Shown piece by piece: positions 21,835 to 33,372 of a DNA stretch of 64,000 bases. Each line of letters opens with the position of its first letter. The first letter of the stretch is position 1. The translations under genes and the position numbers were made by a program. The DNA is from Diplonema japonicum (Eukaryota; Protista; Euglenozoa: Diplonemea). Under the pieces are notes generated by a model. It ran no database searches and had not been told where the DNA came from. It was given only the letters and a program-made list of their open reading frames with translations. Location of the stretch: positions 1 through 64,000 of the forward strand of contig OZ025703.1 of assembly GCA_964019335.1 (NCBI GenBank), written 5' to 3'.

Positions 21835-23739
21835 ATGTCTCGTAGAGTGCTATACAGGCTCGCGGGTGCCGCTGCGGCAGGCTTTGGTGCTGCATCGGCT
21901 TTCACACCCATTTATGCTGAAGAGGCAAACATTAAGCTGCAGAGTAAGAAACTCTACGAAGGGAGGCTCAAAGCGTTCAATGAGATGAAGGACCTCAGCC
22001 CCATTGATGAGCTATCGTACACCCCTACGGCAAGGTACAGGGAGGCCAGCAAGGAGGAAGTGCTGTACCCCCTGATCGAAAAGAGCGACGTGCTCATGGT
22101 TGCTGGTGCTTTCTTCGGGGACGAAGGGAAGGGAAAGACTGTTGATGCCATCGCCACACACCCCAAGGTGGGTGTTGTTGTGAGGGTGAACAGCGGGGAA
22201 AATGCCGGGCACACGGTGTTCGACTCCGCCACGGGCACAAAGTACGTATTCCACTTAGCCCCTAGTGGCCTCTTGATCCCAGGGAAGGTGAATCTCGTGG
22301 GTCCCGAGTGCGTCATGGACCCCATCTCTTTCTTCAGAGAGGAGATCTCGCAACTTGTGAAGAACGACGTGAACTACCTAGACCGCCTGTACGTGGGCAA
22401 TTGCCACATCGTGACACCGTACCACAAGTTGCTTGACCTGCTGGCTAGCGGTGCCAACGCGTCGACTCTAAAGGGCATGTCGCCTGTGCACGCATCCAAG
22501 GCCAAGAAAAGGGGTATCCGTATGGATCACATCTACAATGACCGTGCAGTGGCGGAGAAGAGGCTTGCAAAGGACATGGAAGACTACTTTGCCTTCCTGT
22601 CGAGGTCGAAGATGACAGAAGAGGACGTCTTGGAGCTCTGCAAGAGCATGAACAGGGACATGGTCAGGATACAGCCGTACATCATGGACTTCGTGACAGC
22701 CAAGGACAAGGTGAAGTACCTGATGGACTTGTACGAGAAGGAAGTTATCAACAACAGCAGGTTCCCCAAAAGGGGCGACGTGTCTCATATGATCAGAGAG
22801 ACGCTGACAAGCGGCAAGAAAGTTCTTGTTGAAGGCCCGCAGTCGTACTGGCTTTCCAACGCCGCTGAGAAGTTCTGGGAGTCATCGACCTCTGCGTCCA
22901 CATGCGCAGGTGGGCTGGCTGCGTGCACCCGTTTCAACGTGTCCGATTACAAGGTTACCGTCTTGAACATTCACAAGGCACCTGGGAGCTCCAGGGTGGG
23001 GGTCGGGGCGAACCCCTCCTCTTTCATCCCGCAGGACTTCTTCAGCAGGAATGGCATTGACACGCTGAACGACCTGCCCAAGGGCACCTTCGACAAGCCC
23101 GCTGACTTCGAAGAGATCCACAAGGTGTGGATGAACAATGTGCAGGGCAACGGTATTGTGAAGCCTGCTCTGCACAAGGGATGGGATCTGGGAACAGCCA
23201 TGGCTGTGGCGTCGTCAGAGACACACGGGGAGTGCGGGGCTACCACGAAGAAGCCCCGTATCTGCGGACTGTTTGACTGTGTTGCTCACGCTGAAGTGAA
23301 CCAGGTGCAGGGGCCCTATCTGTCGATCAGTGCCTTGGACAGGGGCGACGTCTACGACAAGCTGGGGGTCATCATTGCCTATGTTTACAACCATCCTGCT
23401 GGGAGGCACTCCGTCAGCAACGGCAGGACCCTCAACAACGGGGACATCATCAAAGCAGGAGACGCGCTGCCCACTGAGGAAGCCATGAAGTACTGCCACC
23501 CCGTCGTGAAGACCCTTTCCGGATGGAAGGATACACCTCTCTATGCCGGTAGCAGCTGGTGGAAGAACACCAAGCATCCTACTGAGTTGCCGAAGAACGT
23601 GGCGGACTTCATTGACACCATCGAGCACTTCACCGGGGCAAAGGTATGCTCAGACAAACATATCACATATCACCAATAGGTTGTCTCAATCGGGAACGGT
23701 CCTAAGGGTGACCAGATAGTGTACCTCAGTAAAATCTAA
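21835..23739 (+). CDS. ADSS: Adenylosuccinate synthetase, kinetoplastid-like type (intron 23644-23679)
   Basis: GAFFGDEGKGK, NAGHT, EGPQS, GATTKKPR; spliced C-terminus VVSIGNGPKGDQIVYLSKI. Confidence 0.93.
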
Positions 23740-24193
23740 ACAGTGAGCCCCCCTCCCCTTTGTTTTTCTTTCTTTCAGTATAGTACGCAGCGCACCTTCT
23801 AAACACAACCCATGCCCCATGTAGGGTCTGTGTGGACTGCAAAATGTTTAACACCCAACCCAATATTTCTTCCTTTTCCCCCATTTTATTTTTTTCTTTT
23901 TAATATTGTTCCCCCGGTTCCTGTGCCCTTTCGGTTTCTTATTTCTTTTCTTTTTTAAACATGCTGTGCGCTTCTGCTTTTTTTTTTCTTTACCTCTTCA
24001 TAAGAGTATTAAAGGCCTGGCAAGCATAGTGCCTGACCTGACACCCAGCATGTATTCTATTGCAGCTGCTAGGCTGCTGAAGGGAGGGATAACTTTGGGT
24101 GAAGAACCCATTGCTGCATATGCAGATTTTTAATAAGTTTTCCGGTTGTGTTAGTTACAAGTTTCATTCACCACAGGACTCTACTTATCAACC

Positions 24194-24436
24194 ATGGGTG
24201 GTGGCAACGTCTGCAAAGCTAACGCCGCTCGCGCTAAGAAGGCGAAAGAGGGATCGGGCGAGGGTGGTGGTGGCAACAGTGGTATTGAGAAGCGAGGTGG
24301 AGACACGGCGGGTAAAATTCAGGATGCGACGGCTGAGAGGGAGAAAATAAAGGCTGAGAAGGCTGCCAGAGAGGCTGAGAAGGCCAAAAAAGCGGAGAAG
24401 GAGGCCAAGAGGCTTGCCAAACTCACCAAAAAATAA
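24194..24436 (+). CDS. Small basic protein, SERF/4F5-like N-terminus
   Basis: MGGGNVCKANAARAKKAK; K/E/A-rich; coding-like composition. Confidence 0.6.
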   Translation: MGGGNVCKANAARAKKAKEGSGEGGGGNSGIEKRGGDTAGKIQDATAEREKIKAEKAAREAEKAKKAEKEAKRLAKLTKK

Positions 24437-24673
24437 ATCACCCACTCTGTCATTCCTTCCCCTTTTCACTCACCAAAAAAATACCTTTTTAACTGTTGTT
24501 GACAACTACAACCACAGTTATCTACAACCCCTCCAGAGCTCGTGCTGTCACCAACATCCACATAGCAGGCCACGCTGCATAGCATATCATACTCTTTCCA
24601 ATCCCCCCCGCCCCCCACTCACTGTTTTTTTTTAAAGCGAAAATATTTGAAGTAAAGTAGCTCGCACAGCTTA

Positions 24674-27152
24674 ATGGTAGCTAAGAATGAACTTCCTGAT
24701 GATGAGTATATAGGTAGTATAGGTGGGTCCTGCGTTAATGTCATCAAAATACTCAAAAAGAACGTGGCGTATGCAGTGTCGGTTCTAGTTGTGGGTGGGT
24801 GCTGCGTTGCTGTTGTAACGAACGGCAAGATAGAGGTGGTTGAGAAGGGCATGGTCAGGTACTTCATGCGGCGGACACTGTTCCCTTCTCTAAAGGGCGA
24901 CACTGTGCTGTTCCCAGAGGGACACACTAAAACAGAGAATGTGCCACGTATCCTGGTGAGCAGCAAAGACAATCACGAGACACTCACGTACAGGTTGCAC
25001 AAGGCGGTGAAGCACTCGTGCTTGTTGGGTGCTTTGCGGCGTTCAGGTTTGAAGGAAGTGAAAACGAAGTCATGGAACCTTCTGTGGGGCAGGCGCATCA
25101 AGGACGAGGAGTACTTGGAGTTGAACCCTTACCAGCGAGTGAACCACTTCCCCGGGACGTGGCACATTGGGAGGAAGGACATGCTCATCCGCGGCATACA
25201 GAAGATGAAGAGGAAGTTCGACAACTACAACATCATACCACCCACCTACTTGCTGCCCTTCGATGCACCCCTGCTGCAAGCGGAGATGTGCAAGTGTAAC
25301 AGGCCATACATCGTGAAGCCGCCTGCTTCATCCTGCGGGAAGGGCATATACATCACAACTAGTTACAACGAAGTGCCCACCACCACCGAGCCGTATCTCG
25401 TGCAACGCTACATCACTGACCCCCTGGTTATCAATGGTTACAAGTGTGACCTGCGACTGTACGCATCTGTCACTTCGTTTGATCCGCTGAAAGTGTACCT
25501 CCATGAGGACGGGCTTGTGAGGTTCGCAACGGAGAAGTTTAAGAAGGATGCCGCACACTACGGGGACAGGATGATGCATCTCACAAACTATTCCGTGAAT
25601 AAGAAAAGTGCCAAGTTCAAGAAGAACACTGATGCTGAAGAGGACGATGTTGGGTCGAAGTGGTCCGTCAAGGCCCTGAAAAGGCACCTCGAAAAGAAAG
25701 GGGTTGCGTGGGCCCCCATCTGGACAAGTATAAAGGACGTAGTCGTGAAGACCATTCTGTCGTGCGAGGCCACTGTCACATCGAAGGTAGGCATGTTTGT
25801 GAAACACAGGAACTCATGTTTCGAGCTCTATGGTTGTGACGTTTTGCTAACATCTTCTTTCGTACCATATTTGCTGGAGGTAAATGTTATGCCTGCACTG
25901 TCTTGTTCATCACCTTTAGACCGCAAAGTGAAGTCGTCAGTGGTGACCAGCTTACTCAATCTAATCGGCCTCCAGCAATTCAATCTTGCACAATTCACCT
26001 CCAGTGAGGAATTCCAGAAAAAGAAGAAATTTCTGGGTTATGAGTCATCGATCATAGGAAAGGAAGGTAAAAGTGATGTGCAGGCAGATGTCATCAACAA
26101 CAACAGCAACATGGTTTCCAGTAAGAAAAATGTCAAAAAGCGCGTGTTGTTTTCAGATCTTGAGAAAGAGTATTTAAACCTCATCAGAGATGCAGAGGAC
26201 GAGATGTGCCGAAGAGGTGCATTTGAGAGGATCTTCCCTACGGCAGCGACAAGCAAGGCCTACGGTCATATGTTTGAGACACATAAGTTCTCAAATGTTG
26301 TGCTTGGTGAATGGGAAGTGCTGAAAGCAAGTAAAAGTAATGCTGAGAGAGGGCAACTATTCGACTGGCTGCGAGGAGTGTCGGGCTTTCCTTTCCAGAC
26401 ACGGCAACGACACCCTCTCGCACAGCCACCGAAGGGTCACTCTCGACGTAGTGCTTCCACCGACCTCACCGACAAGCACTATGCCCACCCCATCATACGG
26501 ACAGCACGACAACCTGTCCTCCCTCCTTCCTGGCTTCAGCATCCTCCGGCAAGTAACTTTCCGATGATGCACCCAGGAACAACCCACAACCAGAAGAATG
26601 CTGGATTTAACAATTGGAACAGCCAAGTGCTAAAGTAAGTAGATAAGTAAATATTTTACCACCCACAACACATGCCTACGCATACCACAAAACAGGAATA
26701 TGAGCGACTTGGAGACGGAGATGCTCAAAGAGCACATTAGGATGGCTCTAGGTACGCTGAGCCGACTGAAAGAAGGAATAACCAGAGGAGTAGAGAGAGA
26801 GATGCATGAGAGGAGCATCGAAGCACCTAGCAGTGAGTGGCGGGAAAAAGCATCGAGGCATATATCTGATCCAAGCTCTGACTACACCTCTATAATCACA
26901 CCACGTCACCACCCTGGGTGGAACAGCAGCACCTACTCTAGCAAAAATAGTCTGCAAAGCAGCAGCGCAACTCAGCACAGCCTAGGTATCGATCTCAATA
27001 CAGCGACAGTGGAGGAACTCGAAGCGCAAGGCCGGCACTTGCATCAGTCCCATCCTCACCTTATGGGCCCCGCGAAGCTTCATCAAGCACACTGCGATCT
27101 CCTTGCTACTCATAAGAAAATGAACGAATATACACTGAACCTATACAGGTGA
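24674..27152 (+). CDS. Tubulin-tyrosine ligase-like polyglutamylase (TTLL4/5-like); probable last exon 26696-27152
   Basis: QRVNHFPG, IVKPPASSCGKGI, KCDLRLY, HLTNYSVN, FELYGCD, LLEVN; GTAAGT..ACAG intron 26635-26695 joins the 26700 ORF in frame. Confidence 0.88.
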
Positions 27153-27242
27153 CCCTAGAGAATTTGTACTTATGTCTATTAAGTGTTGCCTGGCGTCTTT
27201 GCTTTATATACCCTAGGTTTATTACACATTGTTGTTACACAC

Positions 27243-29234
27243 ATGGCGAATGTATCCATCTTGTACGCTTATCAAAAGAAGAAGAAGGATATCGGGAAGT
27301 GGTGCGAGTTCACAGACAGTCCTGCCTCAGTGCTGGTGGACATCCAGCCTGACGCTCCCACTAGGAAGACCTATCGGCCTTCGCAGAGGTCGGAGTACGA
27401 GGCGCAAAATACGCCATCCATCTCGGAGTGTTGTACGAACACAACGCGGAAAGCTAGTGTCACTCACGGGCAGTTGCACCTTGAAGGTTGTTGGGCTAAA
27501 GACGTGGACATCCAAGATATCGAGCACCGGCTGCGCTACAGGAAAAAAGCGGAGAAGGAGGACACCTACATGCCTGCACTCAAGTCTATGACGTCCGCTG
27601 CTGAGATGTACATCAGACAGAACAATGCCGTCAACATCTATGAGAGCTACTTCAGCAACATCAAGAAGCTGCGCGAGAAGGAGGCCGACAATGCAGCTGC
27701 ATTGCAAGTCCTCACTGTGTTCGGCGATCCTTTGTTTGGAGATCTCAAGTCAGGTCGGATCCCCAGCACAAAAGTACCGCGCACCGCATGTGCCCTTGCA
27801 TGGCAGCCTGTAGAAGGCCCGCACGGCAGGAGACTGGCTGTAGCGTATTCAAACCTACGCAATCCGTATATCTCGACGTCCGCACCGATGCCTGGGGAAA
27901 GCCTCGCCTCCCATGTGTGGGATCCTGTCAATAGCAACTCGCCCGACTTCTCACTGGATCCCCCTTCGCAGCTGTGTGCATTGGAATTCAACCCTAAAGA
28001 TTTACACATCCTCGGTGGAGGCTGTCATAATGGTGTCGTGTGCTGCTTTGATTGTAGAAGGGGTGGAAGTCCTGTTTATGCAACCCCCCTCTTCAACGAG
28101 ACCGGACTTGATGCGAAGACCGGTGCTGCGGACTCGGTAGGGGCAGGGGCAATACGCTCAATTCAGTGGCTGCAGACTTCGGGAAGGGGACAGGAGATGG
28201 TGACGATCAACGGAACTAATATCTGCAGGATATGGGACATCAGAAGCCTGAAGGATCCTATTGATGTCATCAAACTGTCAAACGAGAGGATAACTGACGC
28301 TCTGGCGATGCATTACGAACCAACTACGTCACCCAACAAGGTGCTTATCGGCACAAGTACAGGGACACTTATGACTTGCAACCGAAAAGGGAAGACGGCC
28401 GACGACCGGGTAGCATCATTCCACAAGGGGCACCACGGCCCTGTGTACTCTTGTGCTTACAGCCCACACCTCCCTAAAGTGTTTCTCTCTTGTGGCGACT
28501 GGACTGCACGTGTATGGCATGAGGACTTCGAGGACCCACTTATAGTTACCGCTTACAAGGACTCCCCTGTTGTAGATATCGGGTGGCACCCGCAGCACCC
28601 CGGGGTCTTCGTCACTGCCCTTATGAACGGCACCGTTGAAGTACACAATCTGACGCACAAGCTGTGTGACCCTCTTATCACGTGCCAAGCTTCCAACGAT
28701 GACCTGCACTGCCTCAAAATGCACCCAGAAGGCGAAAAACTGGCCCTGGGGACGAGCACGGGAAAAGTTTATCTCACAATGCTGTCGCCGTCACTGCTAG
28801 AGATATCACCGTACAGCATCGGGGGTAAGAGCGACCTAGCTGCCGAAAAGGAAGAAGTGGAGGAGCTCATCGGTAGAGAGACAAGACGCTCGCAGAGTGC
28901 ACGAATTCGTAACCAGCCCCAAGAGAGCGTAGCCAGCGTACAAGGCAAGCCGCCGCCCACCGACTCAGAGCTCTTGGAACTCACGGCTGTTTACATCCAC
29001 GAGCTGGAGCAGTACTCTGCCAAGGAAGGCGTCAGGTACAAGATCGCAAAGATTAAAGACACATTCCTTGCTACGGGCAAGCAAGCTGAGCATGTCCTCA
29101 AGAAGGTCAAAGAGAACATTGACAACACCATCGACCTAGACATCTTCCGACAGGGCATCCAGGAGCCGGAGTTGGACTTCAACATCGAAGTAGATTCGTC
29201 AAGCACGGACAGCAGCGAGAAGAGCAACGCGTGA
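27243..29234 (+). CDS. Axonemal dynein intermediate chain (DNAI2/IC2-like WD40)
   Basis: H.EG.W.KDVD, YIRQNNAVNIYESYF, LAVAYS, HHGPVY..SP..PKVFLSCGDWTARVW. Confidence 0.88.
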   Translation: MANVSILYAYQKKKKDIGKWCEFTDSPASVLVDIQPDAPTRKTYRPSQRSEYEAQNTPSISECCTNTTRKASVTHGQLHLEGCWAKDVDIQDIEHRLRYRKKAEKEDTYMPALKSMTSAAEMYIRQNNAVNIYESYFSNIKKLREKEADNAAALQVLTVFGDPLFGDLKSGRIPSTKVPRTACALAWQPVEGPHGRRLAVAYSNLRNPYISTSAPMPGESLASHVWDPVNSNSPDFSLDPPSQLCALEFNPKDLHILGGGCHNGVVCCFDCRRGGSPVYATPLFNETGLDAKTGAADSVGAGAIRSIQWLQTSGRGQEMVTINGTNICRIWDIRSLKDPIDVIKLSNERITDALAMHYEPTTSPNKVLIGTSTGTLMTCNRKGKTADDRVASFHKGHHGPVYSCAYSPHLPKVFLSCGDWTARVWHEDFEDPLIVTAYKDSPVVDIGWHPQHPGVFVTALMNGTVEVHNLTHKLCDPLITCQASNDDLHCLKMHPEGEKLALGTSTGKVYLTMLSPSLLEISPYSIGGKSDLAAEKEEVEELIGRETRRSQSARIRNQPQESVASVQGKPPPTDSELLELTAVYIHELEQYSAKEGVRYKIAKIKDTFLATGKQAEHVLKKVKENIDNTIDLDIFRQGIQEPELDFNIEVDSSSTDSSEKSNA

Positions 29235-29375
29235 CGGTGCCTTTAGTTTGCGGCATTTTCTTTTGGTTTAAGTTTAGGTCTTAAAGTTCAAGTAACTAAC
29301 TAGCTTTTTTTTTTTTTACCCGTTGTATTTTTCTTTTTCTTTTTTTCTAATCTATTTTTAAGGGTTGGTGTTAAA

Positions 29376-31687
29376 ATGGACAGCAGCGAGAAGAAAGTGT
29401 CGGTGGCGGTGAGGATCAGGCCGAGGCTGCCTGTGGGGCTTGGAAGTAAGGTACAGCAAGAGGAGTATCAGCACCCCAACTGTTTGATTGTGCAAGATGA
29501 AGAGACCTTGAGGCTGCAGGAGCAGAAACAGGAGGAAAACTGCAGGTCCGCTCTGTACACCTTCGACTATGTCTTTGACACCGACTGTATGCAGAGTGAG
29601 GTCTACGAGGAAGCCGTGCAAGAGCTAGTCGACACCAGTCTGTCGGTATGTATGGTTAGCCCCCCGTATCACTACAGGGTGCGAACTGCACTATCCTTGC
29701 ATACGGCCAAACCGGTTCAGGTAAGACCCACACAGTACTGGGCCAGGTAAAATCGAACCCCTTAGAAGGTGTGAAACAACTAAAGCAATGTATCTTTAAT
29801 TTATAGATGACCTGCTAACACCCGAGAGTGGTCTGTTCCTGAGGTGTTTGAAGGATTTGTTCGAATATAAAAAGCGACGTGAAGAGAAGGCGTGGGTGGT
29901 GATTGCACGTATGCAGAACTCAACACACCTTTTTACACTCTCGCAGTTTCGTGCATAGAAATTTACTTAGATCACGCGAGGGACTTGTTGTCATCAAACC
30001 CCACTGAAAATATTAAGGTACGGCACACCGCACATATCACTGCCACAGATCATCCTGACTGACGACGACGTGAAGATGCCAACGTTGACGCGTTACGAAA
30101 TATTAAACCTAAATGATGTCTACAAGCATTTCAAGGATGCAAGCAAGCACAGAACGACGAGGGCGACTGACGCCAACGACTCCTCCTCTCGTTCGCACTG
30201 TCTCTTTGTTATTGACATCGTCCAGCAGGACAGAACCGACAAAAACCCTGCTCAACCTGACATTTCATTCTTGCGCGACCCTGGAGCTTTCTCAAGGTGT
30301 GCCACTCGAAATAATAACCGCATCATAATATACCCCAGGAAACCCCCCAAGTCCCGTTCTGCATCTCCTGCCGTTGCTGCTTCTCCGAAGTCAGCATCTC
30401 CTTCCCTCCATGACACATGTGCAACCGTTATCTACAAAAAGGACGAACCCCCAATTGTTGCTAGTAAGGTACTTCGCACATTGACTCTCACCTCACACCT
30501 CACACAGATCGTTCTTGCAGATCTTGCCGGTTCCGAGAAGAGTTCTGGAAAGACAGGTTCCGGTGCCACAGCGGGGACCGCCATGTTCAAGGAGATGACT
30601 AGCATCAATAAATCACTCACGGCACTTGGGAACGTAGCCCACGCACTGCACGCAGGCGCCTCGCACATCCCCTACAGAGACTCCACACTAACTAGAATCT
30701 TGAAGCCGTCCTTCGCCTCGCAATCCAGTAAAATCCTGCTGATTTCCAACCTGTCGCCCACCCAGCTGACCTATGACGAATCCTTCTCGACACTGCAGTT
30801 CGCGAACAAAGTGAAAGCCATGAAGGTCTCCAACAGCATGATCGGTGCTGACCAGCAACAGCTGCAGTTTGACTTTCTTGAAACACAGAAGACCCAGTGG
30901 GCTCTCCTTGCCGACCTGCACATCTCGCAGCTGAACTTTGAGAACGAACCCATGCTGCGTAGGTACACCGATGTCGTGCAGGCACCCTTCAACATCCATA
31001 AGCTGCGCCACAAAACACAAGAGAAAGAGCGGCAAAGGGTTATCAGGGACTTGGAGCCAGCAGGGAGAGACGAAAAAGTTAAAATTGCTGAGAAAATAGC
31101 AAAGCGGAAGAAAGAAGAAGCCGCCAAGCTAGCAGAGATGAAGAAAGAGATCTTCGATGGCCTGGTGGACGAGCACACAAACAAGGTATGCACATTACAT
31201 CAAAACTAGACACCGACACCGACAGGTCGCGAGTTTGCAAGGCCAGATCGAGACCCTCCAAAACGAGTCGGGAGACTTTCACTCCAAACTGGAGAAGGAA
31301 GTCAACGAAAAGAAGACAGAGAACAAAGACCACGAACAGGCAACAGAGAGCTTTTTGAAGGAGAAGAAGGAGCTAAGGGGCAGGATCGAGAATGGGCAGG
31401 TGGAACACAAGAGGCTAATGGAAGAGCGCCAGAAACTCAATGAGCTCGAAAAGAAGAGCAAAACGGACAACCATCACAAACAGAGTGCTGCCGAACTTGA
31501 GCTAGTGGCAGCAGAGAAGAACTATGCAGGCTCTATGTGGGGGCACTGCAAGGCACAGGAGTATTACTTCAAGGTCAAGGCCTTTAGAGAGACCCAGACT
31601 GCTCTTATCGAGGCGCAGAAACAGAACATCCTCCGAGTCGAGCAGGCGAGAAAAGAGTCTGATAAACTTGGCAAGCTGTTAAAATAG
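29376..31687 (+). CDS. Kinesin motor protein with C-terminal coiled coil, multiple short introns
   Basis: [58 protein letters not shown]. Confidence 0.93.
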
Positions 31688-32251
31688 ATTTCACACTCTT
31701 TTTCCTTTAGTGTTCCCTTCTGTCGTAGTACCATTTCCCCCCTGTCCCTCCTCGCTTCTTAGTGTGTAAAATAGAAAACGGAGGGCCCGCGATGCAAGGG
31801 CCCTGACGGGATAAGAAAGAAACGGGAAAAAAAAAAGAAAAAAAAATAGCTTTTCTGCCTTTTTGCACTCGATAACTTCTATCTAGAAGAGGCTGCTCGC
31901 CGTCTTCAGATAAAGAGAAGAGCTAAGTGGTCCCCGTTCTCCCTCTTCTTCGTGCAGCATCTTTTCTGTGGTGGCCGAAGGGGTGTGGTGTTCATGGACT
32001 TGCAAGGGGCGCGTAGGGTTGGTGCCCCGCAAAGCGGCCCCCTTTCTCAGGGTATAGAGTGAGAGAATATGGAAAGATTCACCCACTGCAAGTCCCTCAA
32101 CCCTTCCCGGCCTCGCCTCCCTGCATCCCTACCCCCTGCGCCACTTCACCTCCCGATTCTTGTAGCACCCCCCAAAAAAATGTTTGCCCCTTCCCCCGTT
32201 TTTTGAGAAAAGAAAATGAAGATTCCACACTTTTAGCAAGCTTTCTTCCCT

Positions 32252-32282
<31 letters not shown>

Positions 32283-32315
32283 CTCTGCAGTATCCGTTTT
32301 TAACACTTTTCAGTT

Positions 32316-33296
32316 ATGAAAAGAAAAAGACAAAATGCGAGCTACGCAGAAATGTTTGAAGACATAAAGAAGGTGTGTAAGGAGCAACCCGCTTCAGCAG
32401 GGCTTGTACACAAGCAGGCTGATTGGGAACAAGTGGTTCAAGGCGAAGAGGCAATGCGTAAGGGAGATGTGAACAAAGGGCTCAGGAGTCTGAGAAGCGG
32501 GTCAAACTATGAGATATGTCTGGAGACAATGAAGAAAATGAAAGAGGTGTCTTTTACTAGAGTGACAAAGAGGCTGAGAGAGGCACCTTTAGGGCATGCC
32601 AGTTTTGTAGAGGCGCCACCAGACAGTAGCGATAGGCATGGATACCACCTTGTGAAGCCGGGGCATGTCCTAGTGACCATAAACGTCGTTGCCGAGTACT
32701 CGAAAGTAATTGCATTCCGGGGTGGCCCTGCTGGGTGGGTCAGGACTTCGGAGCTGAATAAGCACCCGGTGATTCTACGTACCTCTTGCGACAGCAGCGG
32801 CGATGAAAGCACCCCCCGCCCTACGGGAGATGTGCTTGCTGATCCCATCCACTGTCCCTTAAAGCAGCACCACCTCCAGTCACTAAGATTCACCTACAAC
32901 ACCACAGCCCCCGCCTTCCGCATGTTATCAAAAATGGGATGGCAGCCCGGCGAGGGGCTCGGTAAGCGTGAGTCCGGTATCAAAGCACCTTTGGCACTCT
33001 CAGTTGCAGGCTTAGATGTTCAAGGCAGGGGATTAGGCTACTGTAGCATAAAGCCCCAAGCGACCTGCGACCCTCAAGAATACCTTAAGAAACATCACAC
33101 TCAGCTTGCTACCTGCAGCACGCAGCTTGCATGCATTAAGAAAACTGCACGGCACTCCAAGTTACACCAGCGCCCTGCACTGTCGAAACAGTACGCGGCC
33201 TATGCAGCGACACGGCATGCAATCGAGAAGAGTGCTGCAATTCTGCATCAGAGCATCGAACTCAAAAACACAATTAGACGCGCTGCCAAATTCTAA
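32316..33296 (+). CDS. G-patch domain protein
   Basis: AFRMLSKMGWQPGEGLGKRESGI..GRGLGY. Confidence 0.85.
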   Translation: MKRKRQNASYAEMFEDIKKVCKEQPASAGLVHKQADWEQVVQGEEAMRKGDVNKGLRSLRSGSNYEICLETMKKMKEVSFTRVTKRLREAPLGHASFVEAPPDSSDRHGYHLVKPGHVLVTINVVAEYSKVIAFRGGPAGWVRTSELNKHPVILRTSCDSSGDESTPRPTGDVLADPIHCPLKQHHLQSLRFTYNTTAPAFRMLSKMGWQPGEGLGKRESGIKAPLALSVAGLDVQGRGLGYCSIKPQATCDPQEYLKKHHTQLATCSTQLACIKKTARHSKLHQRPALSKQYAAYAATRHAIEKSAAILHQSIELKNTIRRAAKF

Positions 33297-33372
33297 CTCC
33301 CCCCACGACTCGTCGGTCGCGTCCCGTGTTTTATTTTGCGCATTATAATCAAACTAACCACTACCAGGGAAG

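Noticed and set aside
26700-27152. Stand-alone gene with HhH-like IDLNTATVEELE
   Set aside because: Better explained as the last exon of the TTLL gene via intron 26635-26695; the HhH motif is incomplete
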